Shown: positions 1 to 5,934 of the stretch, piece after piece | Numbering within the stretch: the stretch's first letter is position 1 | How the letters are laid out: each line of letters opens with the position of its first letter | From: Trichoplax adhaerens | Lineage: Eukaryota; Animalia; Placozoa | NCBI RefSeq assembly: GCF_000150275.1 | Contig: NW_002061338.1 | Location: 1-5,934 of the forward strand | DNA: 5,934 nucleotides | Direction of reading: 5' to 3' | Made by a program: the position numbers and the translations under genes | The notes under the pieces: generated by a model | Databases searched by the model: none | Seen by the model: only the letters and a program-made list of their open reading frames with translations | Told to the model about the DNA's origin: nothing

Positions 1-444
1 GGTTTATCCATGGAACACTAAAAGAGGTTTAATCTAATAACGTGAAGGTAAAGTGTGACTAGTACGACCGCGATGGAAAGGAACACTTTTACTATTGATG
101 CAATGTGTTATACTAAATCACTTTTTGGATATTTGCATCACTATAACGATTCCAGTTTTGAGTTCGGTGATGGTGAATCTAGGGACTATCTAACATTGAT
201 AAAGTTCCTCGTTTTCGTTCGTTCACTTTAAGCGACATAGCTTACGTGGATGATCAATTTGAGCTACCAAATGATTCTAGTGAAATGAGGAATTCATTCT
301 ATGTTCACTTATAGAAAACATGATGGGGCTAAGAGTGAGAACATCATTTTTTTAGCATGTAATTTCAGTAAGGAGTCTACGCTAGATTTATCTGCTGGAG
401 TAAATGCAGACGGTCTTAATGTGCCTTCAGTAAAAAATAAATAG
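1..444 (+). pseudogene. Disrupted coding remnant, possibly an extracellular PKD/Ig-like beta-sandwich domain (truncated by window start)
   Basis: Consecutive open segments in shifting frames. Frame 1, 52-228: SVTSTTAMERNTFTIDAMCYTKSLFGYLHHYNDSSFEFGDGESR... Frame 3, 183-311: GLSNIDKVPRFRSFTLSDIAYVDDQFELPNDSSEMRNSFYVHL. Frame 1, 289-441: ...FTYRKHDGAKSENIIFLACNFSKESTLDLSAGVNADGLNVPSVKNK, then TAG 442-444. FEFGDG (157-174) resembles the PKD WDFGDG motif. Joining VH (frame 3) to TYRK..IIFLACN (frame 1) resembles the PKD 'HTY...V.L..SN' strands. The domain identity is inference. Confidence 0.45.
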
Positions 445-888
445 TTGAAGTAAAGACTTTGATATTTAGAATAAGGACGGGTTTGAATTTAGAGCAGTAC
501 TATATACAGTAAGCGCTGTAGTATCGCAAGGGTTTAGAAATATTACTATACGTATATATCCGAAGTGGCTACTGTTGATTACTTGTTTACTTTACTCACT
601 GTGCAGTCCTTGTCGAAAGGCAGGACTCTTCATTTGCGACAATTTATAAATAGTGTAATACATGATTGAAACTACCAACCAAAGGGTTAGTTAAATTATA
701 CCGTCAAAAGTAAATTTAACACACCCTCTATTAGTCTTGCATTCAGCATCCCTTTAAATAATGATAGCAATGCGATTAATTCTTTTAAAAATTACAGCAT
801 TTTCAATACGTGGTTTATTTATAACTAGAAATTATAGGTCAGGGAGGATGTGCAATTTAATAAAGGTCTATTCTCGGAGTTCTAAAGT

Positions 889-1551
889 NNNNNNNNNNNN
901 NNNNNNNNNNNNNNNNNNNNNNNNNNNNNNNNNNNNNNNNNNNNNNNNNNNNNNNNNNNNNNNNNNNNNNNNNNNNNNNNNNNNNNNNNNNNNNNNNNNN
1001 NNNNNNNNNNNNNNNNNNNNNNNNNNNNNNNNNNNNNNNNNNNNNNNNNNNNNNNNNNNNNNNNNNNNNNNNNNNNNNNNNNNNNNNNNNNNNNNNNNNN
1101 NNNNNNNNNNNNNNNNNNNNNNNNNNNNNNNNNNNNNNNNNNNNNNNNNNNNNNNNNNNNNNNNNNNNNNNNNNNNNNNNNNNNNNNNNNNNNNNNNNNN
1201 NNNNNNNNNNNNNNNNNNNNNNNNNNNNNNNNNNNNNNNNNNNNNNNNNNNNNNNNNNNNNNNNNNNNNNNNNNNNNNNNNNNNNNNNNNNNNNNNNNNN
1301 NNNNNNNNNNNNNNNNNNNNNNNNNNNNNNNNNNNNNNNNNNNNNNNNNNNNNNNNNNNNNNNNNNNNNNNNNNNNNNNNNNNNNNNNNNNNNNNNNNNN
1401 NNNNNNNNNNNNNNNNNNNNNNNNNNNNNNNNNNNNNNNNNNNNNNNNNNNNNNNNNNNNNNNNNNNNNNNNNNNNNNNNNNNNNNNNNNNNNNNNNNNN
1501 NNNNNNNNNNNNNNNNNNNNNNNNNNNNNNNNNNNNNNNNNNNNNNNNNNN
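889..1551. other. Assembly/scaffold gap (663 N)
   Basis: Continuous run of N from 889 to 1551. Confidence 0.99.
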
Positions 1552-1705
1552 GCTTTCGCAACACCAATTAGAATAAACTAGATATAGTGAACGAGGAATG
1601 AATCATTCTTTTTTACTATTTACATTAGTTACTATAAATTCAGCATAAACTGTAACAAAGTTTTTATAAATATCTTACCTAGATTGGAGCAATGACCGTC
1701 GAATC

Positions 1706-1759
1706 ATGACCTCTTCGATTTTTTTCCTGATAATTATATGCCTTTATAACATCATCGAA
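1706..1759 (+). pseudogene. Candidate first coding exon (signal-peptide-like) of the downstream membrane-protein gene
   Basis: ATG at 1706 gives MTSSIFFLIIICLYNIIE, a short N-region plus hydrophobic core. It is followed by GTATCA (1760) and an AT-rich stretch ending TTTTATCAG (1828). The donor is phase 0 but the next exon reads best in phase 1, so a 1-nt lesion must be assumed. Confidence 0.3.
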
Positions 1760-1828
1760 GTATCAATTATGATTACATTAAAATTTTAAAATGGCATGAA
1801 TAAAATTAATCAATCATAATTTTATCAG

Positions 1829-1936
1829 GTACGATGCTGATCACCAGCACAAATCAAGAAACTGATCGACCAAGAAATCAATGATTATTTACTATATCTA
1901 GAATTTTCACCACTTCTGCAACAAAGACTAGTAGTA
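1829..1936 (+). pseudogene. Candidate Ser/Thr-rich extracellular stalk exon with one in-frame TGA
   Basis: Acceptor TTTTATCAG| ends at 1828. Frame 1 reads TMLITSTNQETDRPRNQ*LFTISRIFTTSATKTSS (TGA 1882-1884). A phase-1 donor GTAAGA at 1937 matches the phase-1 acceptor at 2058. Confidence 0.4.
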
Positions 1937-2058
1937 GTAAGAGATTTTATCTGTTAGTTCTAAGTGCCTGATGATTGTCGATTTTAAAGTTTCCTCCAAT
2001 TGATCAGAAAGTCAATGTGGGTAACTATGTTTTTTTATTCTAACCTTAAAACTTATAG
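1937..2058 (+). other. Candidate GT-AG spliceosomal intron (phase 1)
   Basis: GTAAGA donor at 1937, T-rich tract 2030-2039, CTAAC branch-like motif 2040-2044 and acceptor TTATAG ending 2058. Splicing joins the stalk in frame to the TM segment and removes TGA-TGA at 1969-1974. An alternative phase-1 donor GTAACT lies at 2021. Confidence 0.5.
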
Positions 2059-3637
2059 ATAAGTCATCGCCGCATCTTGTTTTATTTTATATTACACTAG
2101 TTGCCATTTTAGGTATTTTGATTGGGCTTGCTATAATAATTTGCTTCTGCTGTATTCGAAAATCTGGCGAGCGTATTAATATGCATGGTCATGCTGTAAT
2201 GGAACTGACAAGTGCTGGTAGCTCTACTGGCAATAAACCTTCCGATCATTATAGTCCCAATGATAATATTTGTGAGAATGAAGGTAATTTACAATTACCA
2301 ATAGCAACAAATCTATCTGGAAGTGTTGAGCAAAATTCTGCCACAACGTTTTTATCATAAGGTACTAGTCAGTTGCAAGATAGACTAGACAGTAGAAAAG
2401 CAATTGACAGTAATGCCAAAGTTAACCTGCAGTGTACAAAAAGACGTTTACAAGATCAAGAAAATTCTGGTCAAAATTCGAAAAGAAGTCAAATTATTGC
2501 CCAGCAAGGTCCATCTGACGATCCTATTAAGTCTACTTATTTGCCTCAGAATCCAAGTACGAAAAATGATCATACTGATTATGTCTATAATTTTCAGGAA
2601 TTTGATTATAACTTTGAGCGTTAAGAAAATTCCAATTCTGCTTTCCCAGTCCCTACAAATCAATTGCAAAGTCCTGATGCCAACAGGGTGGGTAGTGTAT
2701 CGCGTAGAACAGCTATTGCGAATAGTAATAATTATAGTGGGAGACATTTCAGTTTCAGGTCTAGAACTAATATCACAACAAGATTAATGAATAGCTCTCA
2801 AGATATATAGTGGCGCTATGAACTTTATTGGACAAAGTGGACCTAGCTTACTGATTTTAGCTTCTGGTCTTGACAATCAAATTTTAACATCTTGTTCGTT
2901 CCGATCAAGTTTTGCAGATTCAGAAAATGAAACTGCTTCTTTTACCAATGGAAATATCAGCACTGTAGGCTTGGGTTTACTTCACGAGTATCCTTTTTAA
3001 AAATACTTATCATATGAACGGATATTATACTGACTTAAGTAGGGGTTTAGCCGAGCTAACTGTAACACCCAATTTACCTTCTCAACGTTTCGATGGTTAT
3101 TATCAGACGTGGAGTAGAGAACGGCAAGAAAGGAGGGGAAATATAGCATGTCGCTCAACTGAGAATTCACCTACATCAGAATTTGCTAATAGCGCCAATA
3201 ATTCAGGAAGCATCATTTCTTTAACTGACGTTTATCCCATTGAAAACAGACAGGACCAATTTCATTAATCAACAAGACTTGCTTTTTCTCCAGATCTATT
3301 ATCCGCAAATCAAAATGGCATCAGCAGTTTTAGAGAACAGACGTTAATTGGAAGAAATCTATGTTGTAATTTTATACAAATAACCACCACGATTTTATGT
3401 GAATTGCGGCGCAGTAAATGTGCGTTATAATATAGGAAATACCATAATTATATCGCGTTTGCTAATAGTTTAGTATATCCTGTAATGAAAGGGAGCAGTC
3501 CAAATATGAACGCTGCGAATATTACTTTTAATGTGATGCTGAATAGACTATGCATCATTAAATTCGCAATTTTGATTAGTCTTCAAATTAAACTTGATTT
3601 CAAAACTAAATTGGTAATGCTGCCTTATACCAATTGA
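2059..3637 (+). pseudogene. Large disrupted exon of a single-pass (type I) membrane protein: TM helix, long disordered cytoplasmic tail, possible C-terminal death-like domain
   Basis: Frame 3, 2061-2807 (249 codons), has only TAA 2358 and TAA 2622. Frame 1, ~2806-2997, is open. Frame 2, 2996-3634 (213 codons), has only TAA 3266 and TAA 3428 and ends at TGA 3635-3637. Random DNA of this AT content would show roughly one stop per 13 codons (estimate). The S/N/Q/T-rich composition is continuous across the internal stops. This frame subsumes track ORFs 2118-2360, 2373-2624, 2818-3000 and 3014-3268. Confidence 0.75.
2076..2162 (+). other. Transmembrane helix with juxtamembrane Cys cluster and basic stop-transfer residues
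   Basis: Frame 3 reads LVLFYITLVAILGILIGLAIIICFCCIRK: 27 uncharged, mostly hydrophobic residues including the terminal CFCC, followed by RK. By the positive-inside rule the C-terminus is cytosolic. Juxtamembrane Cys clusters are typical palmitoylation sites. The ORF track starts mid-helix at TTG 2118. Confidence 0.8.
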
Positions 3638-3773
3638 TTCATACGTAATCTAATTAAGATAGTTGTGATTTATGTGGTATTTTTTTACTCAAAATTACTC
3701 ACTTGATTGTATAATGATCGATTTAAAGCAATTGATTCTACTTAAGGCTGAATATAGAGGTGATGAATTTGTT

Positions 3774-3779
3774 AATAAA
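3774..3779 (+). promoter_or_regulatory. Possible polyadenylation signal AATAAA
   Basis: AATAAA lies ~137 nt downstream of TGA 3637. The motif is common by chance in AT-rich DNA. Confidence 0.15.
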
Positions 3780-5934
3780 AATATTTCGTAGAATAGAGTA
3801 CGGATTGCAAAAGAAAATGAGGTTTTAGTGCAATTATTGCTTTGTGAGCCCTTTAAAAGAGTGGTTTCTTAAGTGCTACAGTAGTTGAAATACAATCATA
3901 TGACATCTTGAAGCAGATTAAGGAGTAATGCGTAGCAGTAGCTAATAGTAAGCGATCAACTTGTATTCTGATCGAGTAGACTCGTCAGATACAAGTCCTT
4001 TGCAATTCTGTTTAAGCATTTAATTACTCGTAGATATCAAATTTAACGACAAGAAGTAACCAATTAGAATACTAACGACAAATTTAAAATATTGATATAT
4101 TGAATGTGAAATAGGTTATCTGCATAGTCGGTATAAACAATAGTACACAATCTTCTTTGACTGTCATATAATATACTCTTCAACAGTCAAGTGTTTTATG
4201 CATAGCTGCATAGACACGTAATATTACTTACCCAATATAAGCATTATACTCCGTAGTTAATTGCCTTACATTAGGTATATGCTATAGAAGTCTACATAAT
4301 ACACTTTAAGGTAAAAGTACGGTATATGCCTTACTATGAACTCCTGTTATCCTGCTATTCGGTCTACTAATCTTGACTTGTTCTTTTACAGTACTGAACC
4401 AGTTGTTTATATGCAGCAAAATAAATTAAGAATTCAGTTCTATTACAATCCTTCATCATGTGCTTATCGTTTACTGATGATTACTCTCCTTGCTACCTAT
4501 TCCTAATAAACTTAATTCTTTCCTCAAATTTTACCCTTCATTTTCTTACTAAAATTTATATGGAAAGATATCAAACTCTTAACAAGAAGTTACTCAACAT
4601 CGTTAAGAAACGGCTATTTACTGCATGAATATTTATAACTTATTGGCTATCGTCTAGGTAACCACATATCGTATTATACCTGACTCTAGGTATAGTGGAC
4701 ATAGGGAAATACTTTATAGGCATTGTATTGAAGTAAATTATTTTCGAGCCAAAATAGGATAGGATATTTTGTTTCGACCTTAGCATCTCTTGGTCAGAAA
4801 TTTTAATTTACTGTAAATTTTTAAAAGAAATGACAATTAATAAGGAACTACAATTACTCCTATACGCATTATCGTAATGAACATAATTTGGAAAAGCTCA
4901 GATTCATAAGGATAATATTGCAGAGATTATATTTCCTACTTTTATCATAAATATCAGGTAGAACTCAACAATGTGCCGGAAAATTGTCATTTGTTTTGTC
5001 ATCTGAACTTTAAAAGCTCCAGTGAGTACTTAATAAGAATAAAGATAGCCTAGTTAAATTTTCTATACAACAAGGTTTTTAAGAGGAATAAGTTATAATA
5101 TTAAGTGCCCAATCAAATCACTCCGAGGTACAACTTCTATTAATTACTTAGTATTGATGATTCTAGGGATATAATTCTAAGCATAAACACAAGCATTGGA
5201 TAACAATATGATGTAATCGTCATCATGATAGACTTAGACTAAACGTGGATAGGATATCCTTTTAAGTATTGTTGAGGTGATGAATTTTAAATCTTTATCA
5301 AGTGTCTTGCTAGTATAATTATTATTTACATTAGAGTTGTTTGGATACCCACAATCACAGGTGGATAATCAAAGTTAAAAGTCCCCAGATGAGTCATAAT
5401 TAAAGCAAATACCTATCGATACAAAGGGCTGCAGAGGTGTAATACCATCAAACATAAAGTTTAAAGCTGCCTGTTATCATTCACCGGTACTTTTAGGATC
5501 TTAAAGCATGGATCTTTATCGCTCATACTAGCTCTCTATGCAAATAGACATTGGCATGTGAGCAATTTCTATTCCACAAAGATTCAATTTAAGTAGATAA
5601 GATTGTATTGAGCAGATGAGTAAGTTAACATTTCAAGCAGGTATCACTAATTGCTTTATGGAGACGAAGCCTAGCTTTAAGAAATCATTCAACTAAATCT
5701 ATGCCTTGATATTTGGCTTGTGAATCTTTATTTTTATTATGTATATAATCAAACTATTTGGTCGTTTAAGTTAGAGCAAATGCTTAGTAACGAAGAATGA
5801 TAAGCTGTAAAATTAACATGCGATGATGATTTAATTGTCGATGATGTCATACTAATAGTATCGATCGCTCACATCTGGGTGATCTAATGTAGTCTAGGAT
5901 ATGATTTTTCTCGCTTAAGACTTGGGTATAAAAC

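Noticed and set aside
761-1576. Track ORFs 761-1576 (+) and 857-1567 (-)
   Set aside because: Artefacts: their length comes from translating the N gap.
1961-2035. Hammerhead-like CTGATGA (1968-1974) ... GAAA (2007-2010)
   Set aside because: Stem II is mismatched next to the core, stem III has only ~3 bp and no stem I pairing could be formed.
2404-2787. Overlapping ORFs 2404-2787 (+, 127 aa) and 2448-2747 (-, 99 aa)
   Set aside because: Ile/Leu/Lys-rich shadow frames of the frame-3 coding path. They have no recognisable motif, and frame 3 is the one continuous with the TM helix.
2805-3000. Euplotes-type programmed frameshifting at ATA-TAG and TTT-TAA
   Set aside because: The four other TAA codons need same-frame continuation. 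ATA-TAR is described as a +2 site in Euplotes whereas +1 is needed here. The long gapped intergenic context is also unlike nanochromosomes.
4157-4697. Short inverted repeats TTGACTGT/ACAGTCAA (4157-4190) and TATACCT/AGGTATA (4675-4694)
   Set aside because: Stems of 7-8 bp are expected by chance at this AT content. No target-site duplication or transposase was seen.
3757-5287. 14-bp direct repeat GAGGTGATGAATTT (3757-3770, 5274-5287) containing a C-box-like GTGATGA
   Set aside because: No D box (CTGA) or terminal stem at snoRNA distance, and no element structure between the copies. One match of this length is not improbable in AT-rich sequence.
131-5545. Octamer motifs ATTTGCAT (131-138) and ATGCAAAT (5538-5545)
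   Set aside because: AT-rich 8-mers near chance frequency. One lies inside a coding remnant and no associated snRNA gene was recognised.
3640-5934. Possible further genes, CRISPR array or prokaryotic system in the 3' part
   Set aside because: No long ORF on either strand, no regularly spaced repeats and no operon-like organisation. Small exons of an adjacent gene cannot be excluded by eye.

Overview
This is AT-rich (roughly 30-33% GC by eye), eukaryotic-looking scaffold sequence with GT-AG splice signals and a 663-nt assembly gap (889-1551). I found no intact long ORF, RNA gene, CRISPR array or recognisable transposon. The main signal is hidden from the ORF track. Four short + strand ORFs and the open frames between and after them join into one ~1.58-kb disrupted reading frame (2059-3637, ~525 codons; four in-frame TAA stops, two +1 frameshifts in simple repeats). 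It encodes a clear single-pass transmembrane helix with a Cys/basic stop-transfer motif, a long Ser/Asn/Gln-rich disordered tail and a C-terminal segment that weakly resembles a death domain. Upstream lie a candidate signal-peptide exon (1706-1759) and a Ser/Thr-rich stalk exon (1829-1936). A second disrupted coding remnant with a PKD-domain-like FEFGDG motif occupies 1-444. The best reading is a pseudogenised (or mis-assembled) type I membrane receptor gene. Positions ~3640-5934 look non-coding. Domain calls are by-eye pattern recognition, not database results.
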